Virus record (IMG/VR): IMGVR_UViG_3300030012_003138
Location: 1 to 53,838 of that record
Direction: 5' to 3' (one strand)
Length of the DNA stretch: 53,838 bases
DNA from: a virus
Lineage: Duplodnaviria > Caudoviricetes
In this document: one piece after another, positions 28,851 to 37,719 of the stretch
Layout of the letters: every line of letters begins with the position of its first letter
Position numbering within the stretch: position 1 is the first letter of the stretch
Translations under genes and position numbers: made by a program
The notes under the pieces: generated by a model
Told to the model about the DNA's origin: nothing
The model's input: the letters and a program-made list of their open reading frames with translations, nothing else
Databases searched by the model: none

Positions 28851-28887
28851 CCCTCAGATAGAAGCCGTATAAGAAACTATCTGAGGG
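28851..28887. promoter_or_regulatory. 11-bp stem-loop in the leftward early leader
   Basis: CCCTCAGATAG/CTATCTGAGGG. Confidence 0.6.
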
Positions 28888-28923
28888 AGCTGTGTTTCAT
28901 TACTGTTTGAGTAACGGAAACCC

Positions 28924-28951
28924 ATTATATACAGCTCGAAAACATAGTCAA
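28924..28951 (-). promoter_or_regulatory. Strong leftward sigma70-like early promoter
   Basis: Minus strand TTGACT-16-TATAAT. Confidence 0.75.
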
Positions 28952-29022
28952 GATATTTTCTTTATTTTTTTTCAATCACTATTCATGTCGCAGGACTCAG
29001 GAATCAAGGTGCAGGGGTGGGT

Positions 29023-29077
29023 TAAATCTCGGATGCCTATTTCTAAATCTCGGATGTCATTTTAAATCTCAGATGCC
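29023..29077. repeat. Three direct repeats of TAAATCTC(G/A)GATG spaced about 20 bp apart
   Basis: Read directly from the sequence. Confidence 0.85.
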
Positions 29078-29225
29078 TTTATGGAATCTAGGCTAAAATT
29101 TGAAAAATCTGAAAAAAATTAAATTTATGAAAATTATTGAAAATAGGAAAAAAATAATATTTTACCTAATATAAGTTAAATACCAATAAAACCAGATTAA
29201 ACTAAATGAAAAAAGTAATTTAAAC

Positions 29226-29340
29226 CATACGGATTAAAAAGAAGCCTTTTAGATAATACAGATTAAAAAGAAACTTTTTAGATCATACAGATTAAAAAGA
29301 AGCCTTTTAGATCATACAGATTAAAAGAATGCCTTTAGAC
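29226..29340. repeat. Four tandem 29-bp repeats (CATACAGATTAAAAAGAAGCCTTTTAGAT)
   Basis: Units at 29226, 29255, 29284 and 29313, with no spacers. Confidence 0.9.
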
Positions 29341-29376
29341 TAATTTTATTTATTTACTTAATATACAGAAAAGAAC

Positions 29377-29404
29377 TTGAAAAGAGACGGAAAAAGCTTA
29401 AAAT
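29377..29404 (+). promoter_or_regulatory. Rightward sigma70-like early promoter
   Basis: TTGAAA-16-TAAAAT. Confidence 0.6.
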
Positions 29405-29429
29405 TTAGGCTAAATCTAAATTAAAAAAT

Positions 29430-29816
29430 ATGCAAAATATCATTATTAAATCATTAACGGCTTTCCTTTTTATCTCAATCATTTGGACGGCTTCGGCTCA
29501 CTTCCTTTTTAATCATCTAATTGATTTTAAAACGCTTGGATCTAATCCGCTAAAATTAGCGCTTTTAGTTTTAGCTATTGGAACCTTGTTAGTAATTTAT
29601 TTTCTTTTCTGTTTTCAAATTATCGAAAACACAAAAAGCGAAATAAAAGAACTAAGAAAAGCGGAACAAGAAGAAGCCAGAAAAGCGCATAAAAAATGGA
29701 TAAAATTTATTAAGCAATGCGAAGAAGACCGCTTAATTGATGCTTTTGAAAAACAAGCAGAAGAACAAGCGCTCTATGAGAAATGGAAAAAAGGAAAAAA
29801 ATTATTAAATCACTGA
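29430..29816 (+). CDS. Two-TM membrane protein with coiled-coil tail
   Basis: Two hydrophobic helices followed by an E/K-rich helix. Confidence 0.65.
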   Translation: MQNIIIKSLTAFLFISIIWTASAHFLFNHLIDFKTLGSNPLKLALLVLAIGTLLVIYFLFCFQIIENTKSEIKELRKAEQEEARKAHKKWIKFIKQCEEDRLIDAFEKQAEEQALYEKWKKGKKLLNH

Positions 29817-29828
29817 AATTAAAATAAT

Positions 29829-29874
29829 TTGAATCCGTGGCGCTCTTTTCGGAGTGCCACGGCTTCAAGTTTTT
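29829..29874 (+). terminator. Long GC-rich hairpin (terminator or processing site)
   Basis: TTGAA-CCGTGGCGCTC/GAGTGCCACGG-TTCAA followed by a T-run. Confidence 0.6.
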
Positions 29875-29928
29875 ATGACTAAAACTTGAGTCTAAACTAA
29901 ATAAAAATAACTAAATAAATATAATATT

Positions 29929-31194
29929 ATGAGCCACGGAATTACAATTGAAGATACCGTATTAACTAGAGAAATAGATGAAAGGGCATGGCATTTGCTA
30001 GATAATCAAGTTAGGGAAATTTTCCCAACTTTAGAAAAAGCCAAGGAAGATCCAGAAAGCTATATACTCCATTCAAGAATATTACATGATATTCTTGAGG
30101 GTGATGCTTTTGCACTGGTAAACCCAGACAGATATAAAGAGCTGATCAATAAAGCCGAACTTGAAAACGGTCTGAATATTGAGGATCTAAGAGAATTGAA
30201 TTCGCTTTTTGTTGAGTGTGAGGATAACAAAATCTTAACCACTCAACTAGAAAGCGGAATTCATGCCCCAATCGGAACCCCATCAAAAAGTTATTGCCCG
30301 ATAACGAATGAAGAACTTTTGGAATCAATCGACTCCAATTTACAGGGTTTATATGATTACGATATTATCACAATGGGAACCACCCAAGGACGGAAAAGGT
30401 TTTTCGCTACTCTTAAAATTAACGGAGCGGATGAAAGCACTATAAACGGTGATAGATACAAAAATTATATCAATGTCATGCAATCCTCAAATGGCTCTAT
30501 ATCTGGGCAAGCTCATGACTCCGCCATCCGTGTTGTTTGTGATAACACCATAAAAGCAAGCTTGGCGAATAAAGGCGATCTTTATTTAAAACTCCGTAAA
30601 ACTAAAGGCGCAAAAGGTAGACTTGACCAATTTGGGAAAACTGTTGCTACCTTGATTAGTGGGCGGGATTTATTTCAATCTATGCTAAAACAATTTGCTA
30701 GTGTTGAATGTGATAAATTAAAAGCTGCAAAACTTTTCGCATCTTGGAAAGGTTTGGAAGTAGGGGACGAATTAAGTTCAAGATCATTTAATCAAATTCT
30801 AGCCGTTCAAGAACTAGCCGAAAATGGAAAAGGTCAAAACTCATGTAATACGCTTTATGACTTGTTTAACGGAGTAACAGAATTCTATACAAGTGGAGAC
30901 GGAAGCGGAAGGACTAGAGCGCTTAAACAAAACGCAACGGAAGAAGAGCGCCTCGACAACGAGCGCAAAAAATGGAATAAATTCCATTCTTCAGAATTCG
31001 GAACTGGCGCAGATCAAAAAGTTAAGTTTACTTCTTGGCTTCATAAAGTTCTAAATGATAATGAACTCGAAGCGGAAGCGGAAAAAGGGCGCTTGTTATT
31101 ATCTAATAAAATGGAATTCGACAAGCAAAAAGCTAACAACAAGATCAACAAGGCGCAAGCAGTCGATAACCTAGAAGAAGCTTTAAAAGCCTAA
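29929..31194 (+). CDS. DUF932-family protein (TIGR03299-like phage/plasmid protein)
   Basis: Y.PI.N.E, G...GRKRFF, S.NGS, IRVVCDNT, TLYDLFNGVTEF motifs. Confidence 0.8.
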   Translation: MSHGITIEDTVLTREIDERAWHLLDNQVREIFPTLEKAKEDPESYILHSRILHDILEGDAFALVNPDRYKELINKAELENGLNIEDLRELNSLFVECEDNKILTTQLESGIHAPIGTPSKSYCPITNEELLESIDSNLQGLYDYDIITMGTTQGRKRFFATLKINGADESTINGDRYKNYINVMQSSNGSISGQAHDSAIRVVCDNTIKASLANKGDLYLKLRKTKGAKGRLDQFGKTVATLISGRDLFQSMLKQFASVECDKLKAAKLFASWKGLEVGDELSSRSFNQILAVQELAENGKGQNSCNTLYDLFNGVTEFYTSGDGSGRTRALKQNATEEERLDNERKKWNKFHSSEFGTGADQKVKFTSWLHKVLNDNELEAEAEKGRLLLSNKMEFDKQKANNKINKAQAVDNLEEALKA

Positions 31195-31197
31195 TCT

Positions 31198-31269
31198 ATG
31201 GAAGCTTGCATTATTTGGGCGCTACTTTGGGCGCTTGCTATGTTTGCCTTGTACATAATAAAAAAATAA
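31198..31269 (+). CDS. 23-aa hydrophobic micropeptide (not in ORF track)
   Basis: MEACIIWALLWALAMFALYIIKK, 3 nt after the DUF932 stop. Confidence 0.45.
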   Translation: MEACIIWALLWALAMFALYIIKK

Positions 31270-31275
31270 ACCAAT

Positions 31276-31304
31276 AGAGTGGGTGCAAAATTTGCGCCCA
31301 CTCT
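31276..31304 (+). terminator. Intergenic hairpin
   Basis: AGAGTGGGTGCAAA/TTTGCGCCCACTCT. Confidence 0.55.
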
Positions 31305-31321
31305 TCATTTAAAAAATAACT

Positions 31322-31519
31322 ATGAAAAAAAAATACATTATAAGCCGTTATTATTATCCAGAGGATTTAGAACCGGTTTTCGAATTCGCAACAGAAGACA
31401 AAAAGGAAGCTAAAGAATATTGTTACCCAATTGGGTTTAAACTATGCCCAATTAAAAACGCTTTTTACAGATTCGACTACGAAACTAAATTTATAAAAGA
31501 TGATTCAAATGATTACTAA
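31322..31519 (+). CDS. Hypothetical early protein
   Basis: ORF with an A-rich leader. Confidence 0.55.
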   Translation: MKKKYIISRYYYPEDLEPVFEFATEDKKEAKEYCYPIGFKLCPIKNAFYRFDYETKFIKDDSNDY

Positions 31520-31919
31520 AATTGAAAAAACTAAAATTTCGGAATCTAGTTTTTTACAGACTACCTTTTTAGCTCCTTTTTATTCTCGGATTAATTCAAA
31601 TGGTAAGTTTTTAAACTATCCAGATTTAAAAACTATTGATAAGCAACTCGAACCGCTTGGATTAGAGTTATTACAAATTCCACAAATTAAAACGCTTCAT
31701 AATTCGCCTACAATTGGCGGATGGGTTCAGTTTAGCAAAACTATATTCAACACTAAAAAAGGCATCATATTTGCTGATCATTTGACCGATTGGGCGCAAT
31801 CGGTAGAGCCTTATTTAAGCAAGGATTCAATCGTTCTTGAGACGTGGCAAGCACTAGCCACGGACGGAACCAGAAACACAAACAGAATCCAATTTAATGT
31901 TATATCTAGCGAATTATGA
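31500..31919 (+). CDS. Hypothetical early protein
   Basis: ORF overlapping the previous gene. Confidence 0.55.
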   Translation: MIQMITKIEKTKISESSFLQTTFLAPFYSRINSNGKFLNYPDLKTIDKQLEPLGLELLQIPQIKTLHNSPTIGGWVQFSKTIFNTKKGIIFADHLTDWAQSVEPYLSKDSIVLETWQALATDGTRNTNRIQFNVISSEL

Positions 31920-31992
31920 AAATAGATAAGTTAAATCCTCATGATGATGAACCAGTGGACATTTACGGAGCTTGTGACGAAGATTAAACAAA

Positions 31993-32181
31993 ATGAAATA
32001 TTTAAATTCTAAACAGTTTAAAAAACTCAGCTTTGAAAAAGCTGTTTCTTATTCTCAGGAAATGACCAGAGCATTAGTGGAAGATTTCCACCGAAACAAA
32101 AACCACCCGAAAAAAAGAAAGGAGATATTAAAAAAATTATCTGAAATTAAAAAGTTCAATCAAGAAAACCTAGATTCATAG
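31993..32181 (+). CDS. Hypothetical basic protein
   Basis: 62-aa ORF before the terminator. Confidence 0.5.
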   Translation: MKYLNSKQFKKLSFEKAVSYSQEMTRALVEDFHRNKNHPKKRKEILKKLSEIKKFNQENLDS

Positions 32182-32204
32182 AAAAGGCTTCATATTATAG
32201 GGAT

Positions 32205-32243
32205 AAGGGCGCAAGGTTCATTAATTTGAGCTTGCGCCCTTTT
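32205..32243 (+). terminator. Rho-independent terminator ending the rightward early operon
   Basis: AAGGGCGCAAG.../CTTGCGCCCTT plus a T-run. Confidence 0.65.
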
Positions 32244-32501
32244 AATTGAGTTCTAGCGCCCTGCGCCCTGAGTCTCGAATTCTGGTGGCATATCCGCTTA
32301 AATTGGCAGCATCTCCGATGCGCCAGAATTTCCCAATTATTTGAGCGAAGCGAACACTACTTAATAAATGGATCATGGCACATGATTCATTTTCTATACC
32401 ACCCCACCCGTAGGGTGCTAACTTTTCTCTCAGATTGACCTATATATACGAGGGCTTTAAGAAAAAATTTGACTTATTTTTACCCGCTCATATTAATAAG
32501 A

Positions 32502-32759
32502 ATGGCGAACCTTAAAAAACAAGAATACTACAAAAACAACAAGAAAAAACGGTTAGAATACCAAAAAAAGTACTACGAAAAAAATAAAGAAGAAATAGCA
32601 CGTAAGAGAGAACGAGAGCGAAACGAAGACCCAAGATGGCAAGAAAAACAAAAAGCATACAACAGAGCTTATTATCTACAAAACAAAGAGCGAATAATGG
32701 CTCAAAGAAAGCGTAAGAAAAAAGATGTAGAGAACACAAAGGATACGCTCACAAAATAA
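32502..32759 (+). CDS. K/R/Y-rich helical protein
   Basis: YYxxNKxx repeats. Start taken at the ATG at 32502, behind a TTGACT-16-TATTAA(T) promoter. Confidence 0.6.
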   Translation: MANLKKQEYYKNNKKKRLEYQKKYYEKNKEEIARKRERERNEDPRWQEKQKAYNRAYYLQNKERIMAQRKRKKKDVENTKDTLTK

Positions 32760-32821
32760 AGCGGGTTATACAGGTTTAAGCGGGGGTAAAGAATTGAAAA
32801 GCAACAAAACTAATTCCAAAC

Positions 32822-32883
32822 AATATATAATTCTCTTAATATAATTTATCATATGATAAACTATATTAAAGGAAATATATATT
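32822..32883. repeat. 62-bp imperfect AT-rich palindrome
   Basis: Perfect 16-bp core TTTATCATATGATAAA with two further symmetric 8-bp arms. Confidence 0.85.
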
Positions 32884-32899
32884 AATTGAAATGAAAATA

Positions 32900-32927
32900 T
32901 TGATTCAAACTCTTTTCTATGTATCAT
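32900..32927 (+). promoter_or_regulatory. sigma70-like promoter, leaderless
   Basis: TTGATT-16-TATCAT, then 6 nt to the ATG at 32934. Confidence 0.6.
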
Positions 32928-32933
32928 GGTAAC

Positions 32934-33398
32934 ATGACCGAATTAATAGAAGATATCGAAAAAAGACCTATCCCTGATACGAAATATGAGATAGATCAGC
33001 ATGGTTTTGTATACAATAAAGGCAGAAGACTCCGTTCGCAGTATAAGAGCGGGCGGTGGTATTGTCGTATATACACAAAAGCAGGTAGGCAACTATCTAT
33101 CGACGTAAAAAAACTAGCTGACTTATTATTTAGTGAAAGCGCCCCTCCTAAATTGACTAGAGAGATTATCGAAGGCCGTATTAATGCTCGCCCCCTTCCA
33201 GAACACCCTAGATATTCCGTTACTGAGTATGGAGCTGTTTATTGCATGGAACCTCCCCGAAGAGGACCGAATGCAGGTAAACTTTATATGGTATCTACTA
33301 AAACTAATGTGTCAGGAAAAAAATATGTTGCTTTATATGATTACGAAGGGTGCAATCGATATGTTCAAGTGCAAGCGTTGGTAGACTCTGTATGGTGA
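32934..33398 (+). CDS. Tandem NUMOD4-like DNA-binding protein without an HNH domain
   Basis: Two repeats, RPIPDTKYEIDQHGFVYN and RPLPEHPRYSVTEYGAVY, each ending in a V..L...F/W helix. Confidence 0.6.
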   Translation: MTELIEDIEKRPIPDTKYEIDQHGFVYNKGRRLRSQYKSGRWYCRIYTKAGRQLSIDVKKLADLLFSESAPPKLTREIIEGRINARPLPEHPRYSVTEYGAVYCMEPPRRGPNAGKLYMVSTKTNVSGKKYVALYDYEGCNRYVQVQALVDSVW

Positions 33399-33446
33399 TC
33401 CCTGATTCATGATTCCTGACTCAAGGTACATGGATCAGATTCACCC

Positions 33447-33474
33447 TTGTAGAAAGCTAAATTGGCCTTAAATT
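33447..33474 (+). promoter_or_regulatory. sigma70-like promoter of the head operon
   Basis: TTGTAG-16-TAAATT, then 9 nt to the ATG at 33484. Confidence 0.5.
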
Positions 33475-33483
33475 TATTGACTA

Positions 33484-35709
33484 ATGTATACTGATCCAGA
33501 TGCCATGCATGAGCTTGACGGTTTAGCTGCTTTTGACAAAGAAGGCAAGCCGATGAAAAGCCGTATTAAAGATGTAAAAAGTGCCTTAAAAATATTTCAA
33601 GGGCTTCGCAAAGCTGATGAGCAATCGTCTGTAAACAGAGCCAGAGTAGACGCAATGTTTGATGGGGCTAATCCCTACAATCAAGCGCAACTGAATGCGA
33701 GTGGTCAGGGTCTTAAAACTAATTTGAATTTCGGAGAGGCTCAACGTCTTTTGGATATATCGCTATCTGCCTACGTAGACCTTTACTCTTCACTAGAAAA
33801 ACTAGTGGAGGTAAAGGGTACGCAGGGAGAGCCTAGCGAGATTACTCAACAGGAGGATATTGTTTCTGAGGAGATAACTCATTTGTTGCGTAGTTGGCCT
33901 GATTTTCATTCTCACTACCTTCGTCTTTGTACGACGTTCATCAAACATGGTACAGGGATCACTTACTTTGATACCCCTGATGATTGGAAGTTTAGAGTAG
34001 GTAGTTTTGCAGATTTTTTGATTCCGAGGCAAACGCCCGCATCTGAGTCGGCTATTGATGTAGCGATTGGTCGTAGGCAGTATCACATACATGAGTTATT
34101 TAATTTCATAAAAAATCCAGAAGCAGCTAGTAAAGTGGGTTGGAATGTTGAAGAGGTAAGGAAAGTTCTTTTGAAACATGTTACTACAAGCGGGCGTAGG
34201 AATCACAAAAACATTTATGATGATTGGGAGTCTTTACAATCTGAGTTAAAAAACAACGACATACATGAGGGGTATCAAAACCCTACGGTATCTGTGTTAC
34301 ATTTTTGGGTACGTGAATTAGATGGTAGTATTTCTCATTACATATCTACTGAAAAAGATTGTGAATATTTTTTATATAAAAAACTTTCCCGCTACGAAAA
34401 GCCAGAGCATGCGTATGTTATGTTTACGTATGGTGTAGGCTCGAATGGAACATATCATTCGGTGCGGGGGTTGGGGCATCGTATCTTTAACCACATTCAG
34501 ACAAGCAACCGATTGCGTTGCCAGATGATTGACGGTGCGATGTTAGGATCGGCAGTTATGATTCAACCCGAAAACCAGAGGGCGTTAGATGAATTAGGGT
34601 TTACGTATTATGGAGCATATGCCGTCCTATCCCCCAACGTTAATATTATTGAGAAGGCAGCACCTAACTTGAGTACTGGTGTGCAGCCAGCACTGAACGA
34701 CATATCAAATCAGTTAGCTTTGAATACTGATACTATAAGTACATATGGGCCTAATCAGAGTTCACCGTACAAGAATCAGATGCAGGTGGTTGCTGACATG
34801 GATGTGCAGACTAGGTTGTCTGGTGCATCCTTAAACTTGTTTTATGCTTCATGGAACAGGTTACTTAAAGAGATTGTTAGGAGGATAGTAAACGGCAAGA
34901 AAGACAAGGAACTTAACGAGTTTTATAGTAGGTGTGCAGACCGAGGGGTACAGGAATCATTTATCAAGACATTGGATTTGGCTAGAACAAAAGCCGTCCG
35001 ATCTATTGGCAATGGCTCGTATGCGAATAGATTGGTTGCCCTTCGGGAGTTACAAGCTATATCAGGTTCGTTTGATGAGGTTGGTCGTAAGAACCTTACT
35101 CGTGATATAGTTTCTACTCGTGTCGGGCATGATTTAGCTGACAGGTATGCTCCTGTGATGGAAGGTGCTCGTCAGACAGTGGATAGTAAAATTGCATATC
35201 TTGAAAACCAACAGTTATCAGGAGGCATTTCTGTTCCTGTGGTTTCGACTGAATTACACGCAGCTCATTTGGCAGAGCATATTCCAGCTTTGACAGGTTT
35301 AATTGAGCAATTAAATACAGGTCAGGCAGATCCTGTACAGGTTTTACCTGCATTACAGGCATTTTATGAGCACATTGCAATGACTGCGGAGCAGTTAGCA
35401 GGTGATCCTATGCAAGAAGGTTTGGTTGGTCAGGCAAAACAAGCCCTTCAATTTGCAGAAGAGATGATAAATAACACCTCAAAACAGGTTCAAAAGATGC
35501 AACGTGAAGCAGCACAAGCAGCGCAAGCGGGCCAAACCCCTCAAGACGGTGGAGATCCTGTGATGAGTACTAAAATGCAAGAGCATCAGATTAAGTTACA
35601 AATGGCCCAACAAAAAGCTGAACTTGACATGCAGTTAAAACAAGCCAAGTTTGAGCAAGAGCAAGCATTGCGTGACGCAAAGATGGCAATGGACTTGCAG
35701 AAACAATAA
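33484..35709 (+). CDS. Portal protein (podovirus-type, Q-rich C-terminal barrel)
   Basis: 741 aa, first gene of the head module, FIKHGTG motif, Q/A/K coiled-coil C-terminus. Confidence 0.75.
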   Translation: MYTDPDAMHELDGLAAFDKEGKPMKSRIKDVKSALKIFQGLRKADEQSSVNRARVDAMFDGANPYNQAQLNASGQGLKTNLNFGEAQRLLDISLSAYVDLYSSLEKLVEVKGTQGEPSEITQQEDIVSEEITHLLRSWPDFHSHYLRLCTTFIKHGTGITYFDTPDDWKFRVGSFADFLIPRQTPASESAIDVAIGRRQYHIHELFNFIKNPEAASKVGWNVEEVRKVLLKHVTTSGRRNHKNIYDDWESLQSELKNNDIHEGYQNPTVSVLHFWVRELDGSISHYISTEKDCEYFLYKKLSRYEKPEHAYVMFTYGVGSNGTYHSVRGLGHRIFNHIQTSNRLRCQMIDGAMLGSAVMIQPENQRALDELGFTYYGAYAVLSPNVNIIEKAAPNLSTGVQPALNDISNQLALNTDTISTYGPNQSSPYKNQMQVVADMDVQTRLSGASLNLFYASWNRLLKEIVRRIVNGKKDKELNEFYSRCADRGVQESFIKTLDLARTKAVRSIGNGSYANRLVALRELQAISGSFDEVGRKNLTRDIVSTRVGHDLADRYAPVMEGARQTVDSKIAYLENQQLSGGISVPVVSTELHAAHLAEHIPALTGLIEQLNTGQADPVQVLPALQAFYEHIAMTAEQLAGDPMQEGLVGQAKQALQFAEEMINNTSKQVQKMQREAAQAAQAGQTPQDGGDPVMSTKMQEHQIKLQMAQQKAELDMQLKQAKFEQEQALRDAKMAMDLQKQ

Positions 35710-35716
35710 ACTATAG

Positions 35717-36025
35717 ATGCCAAAAAAAGTTGCCTTGCCTATCCCAATAGATAGGTGGTTCAAAGATGTTAAACGAATTGAAGAATTACGAGCGATCTTG
35801 GATTCTGAGGCTTTTCAAACGGCAGTCGCAATTCTCAAAGACACAGCAGGGCCAACTTTTGGATCAGTTGCTGGAGACGAGAAGATTAACAGCAACCGTC
35901 ACGCATGGTACGCAGGATATCGTGATGCTTTCAGTGATTTACATAAACTAACTAAATTACAAGCCGATAAACAACCAAACGTAACACCTGAAGAATGGAA
36001 TCACATACAGACACCGCAACAGTAG
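35717..36025 (+). CDS. Small protein between portal and scaffold
   Basis: Conserved syntenic position and a WYAGYRDAF helix. Confidence 0.6.
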   Translation: MPKKVALPIPIDRWFKDVKRIEELRAILDSEAFQTAVAILKDTAGPTFGSVAGDEKINSNRHAWYAGYRDAFSDLHKLTKLQADKQPNVTPEEWNHIQTPQQ

Positions 36026-37227
36026 AAGCACCTGAAGTAGAAGTAACTGAAGTAGATTCAACAGCTTCTGTTGAAAGTTTACCTCAAGAAACTACACAGG
36101 ATAGTTTTCTTGATGCTTTAGATGCTGCTTTGACTAATATGACAGATTCTCCTTTAGAGGAGGTTGCAACAGAAGAAACAAAAGAAGAGCCTAAAGAAGA
36201 AGAATTAAAACCAGAAATCGAGGATACAGAAGACCCTCCTTTGGCAGACAAAGAAGAAGTTGAAGAAGAGGCTAAAGAAAAACCAAATACAGATGATCCG
36301 ATAGAAGAACTATCAGAAGATCTTGGTGATGACTGGACACCTAAAGCAGCTAACAGGTTTAAACAGTTAAAAGACGAACTTAAAAGTAATAAATCAGAAC
36401 TCGACACTCTTAGACAAACTGTTAAAGAACAGTCTTATAAAATGAAAGAGTTGTCAGCTATTGCTGAAAACAAAGATGTAGATTCTTTAAAAGAAACTCT
36501 TAGGCAGTATGAGATTGAAAAATCTTTTAGTGATTTGGAAAACACAGCTCAGTATCAAGAAGCGGTAAGTGAACCTTTAAATAGGTTAATGGATAAAGCG
36601 TCTGTTATTGCTGAGAAGTACGACGCTGATTACGACAGGCTTGTTGACATTATCGCTTTAGATGATGCTGAACAGCAAGATGAAAAACTAGTTGAATTAT
36701 TACCTGAAGCTACTGACAGAGATAAATCAACTATCTATAGGATAATTGAAGACATTGATCCTATCATTGAAAGACGTAATGAGTTATTTGACAACGCTGA
36801 TGAAGCTTTAAAAGAAGCCCGTTACTTAGAGGAACAAAAACAACAAGCAGAGGTAGCTGAAAAAGCTGAGATACGTAAAAGTATAACTAGAAACGTAGTA
36901 AAAAGAGTTGGTGAAAAACTCCCTTTTCTTTCTGGAGTAGAAGGTTTAGATATGTCTTCTATAGAAGCAAAAGCTTCAGACCTCGATCCATCAGTGGTAC
37001 ATCCTGTAGATTTTGCTTATAATTCCGTAGCTGCTCAAATTTTACCTACTATTGTTCGTGAGTATTTATCATCTCGTGCTGAAGCTGATTTACTTATGAG
37101 CAAATTAGCTGAGTATGAAGACGCTGAACCTACTGTTTCTGGATCACCAAAATCAGATACTGCTTCTCAAAGGCCATCAGATTTATCATTTGAAGAGGCT
37201 ATTAGTGCAGCCTTGAGTGGGACGTAA
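35995..37227 (+). CDS. Capsid scaffolding protein
   Basis: Very acidic disordered N-terminus, A..RFKQL motif and coiled coils, between portal and capsid. Confidence 0.7.
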   Translation: MESHTDTATVEAPEVEVTEVDSTASVESLPQETTQDSFLDALDAALTNMTDSPLEEVATEETKEEPKEEELKPEIEDTEDPPLADKEEVEEEAKEKPNTDDPIEELSEDLGDDWTPKAANRFKQLKDELKSNKSELDTLRQTVKEQSYKMKELSAIAENKDVDSLKETLRQYEIEKSFSDLENTAQYQEAVSEPLNRLMDKASVIAEKYDADYDRLVDIIALDDAEQQDEKLVELLPEATDRDKSTIYRIIEDIDPIIERRNELFDNADEALKEARYLEEQKQQAEVAEKAEIRKSITRNVVKRVGEKLPFLSGVEGLDMSSIEAKASDLDPSVVHPVDFAYNSVAAQILPTIVREYLSSRAEADLLMSKLAEYEDAEPTVSGSPKSDTASQRPSDLSFEEAISAALSGT

Positions 37228-37241
37228 AAGTAGTTTATACT
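37213..37241 (+). promoter_or_regulatory. sigma70-like promoter, leaderless
   Basis: TTGAGT-17-TATACT, then 5 nt to the ATG at 37247. Confidence 0.7.
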
Positions 37242-37246
37242 AGCAT

Positions 37247-37540
37247 ATGGCTAGGGCAAAATTCAAACGATTACCTTCAGGAAAGATCCTATGGAGAGGT
37301 GAGCAGTTTGCTGGTTTTAATAAACCGAAGAAAGCTCCTGCGGGAAGTAAAAAGAAGTTTATTGTTCTTGGCAAGCAAGGGAATAAGATTAAAAAAGTAG
37401 GTTTTGGTCATAGAGATTATCAAGACTTTAGGCAACATAAAGATCCTAAAAGGCGTAAAAACTTTAGGGCTAGGCATAATTGTCAGACCGCAAAAGACAA
37501 AACAACCGCCCGTTATTGGGCATGTAGAAAACTTTGGTGA
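37247..37540 (+). CDS. Small basic protein (DUF5754-like)
   Basis: VGFG..DY.DF.QHKD.KRR.NFRARH.C.....TARYWAC..LW. Confidence 0.7.
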   Translation: MARAKFKRLPSGKILWRGEQFAGFNKPKKAPAGSKKKFIVLGKQGNKIKKVGFGHRDYQDFRQHKDPKRRKNFRARHNCQTAKDKTTARYWACRKLW

Positions 37541-37719
37541 TGGCTAAGAAAAAATCAACAGTTAATAAAGCAGGTAATTATACAAAGCCTACGATGCGTA
37601 AGCGATTGTTCCGTCAGATTCTGGCAGGTACTAAGGGGGGCAGAGCAGGTCAGTGGTCTGCACGTAAAGCTCAGTTACTTGCTATGATGTACAAAAAAAG
37701 AGGTGGGGGTTATAAGTAA
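37540..37719 (+). CDS. Small basic protein
   Basis: NYTKP.MRK......AG.KGG..GQWSARKAQ.LA..YK..GGGYK. Confidence 0.7.
   Translation: MAKKKSTVNKAGNYTKPTMRKRLFRQILAGTKGGRAGQWSARKAQLLAMMYKKRGGGYK

Noticed and set aside
29226-29340. CRISPR array
   Set aside because: The units are contiguous with no unique spacers.
32822-32883. Confirmed protelomerase (telRL) site
   Set aside because: No tyrosine-recombinase or protelomerase gene is recognisable.
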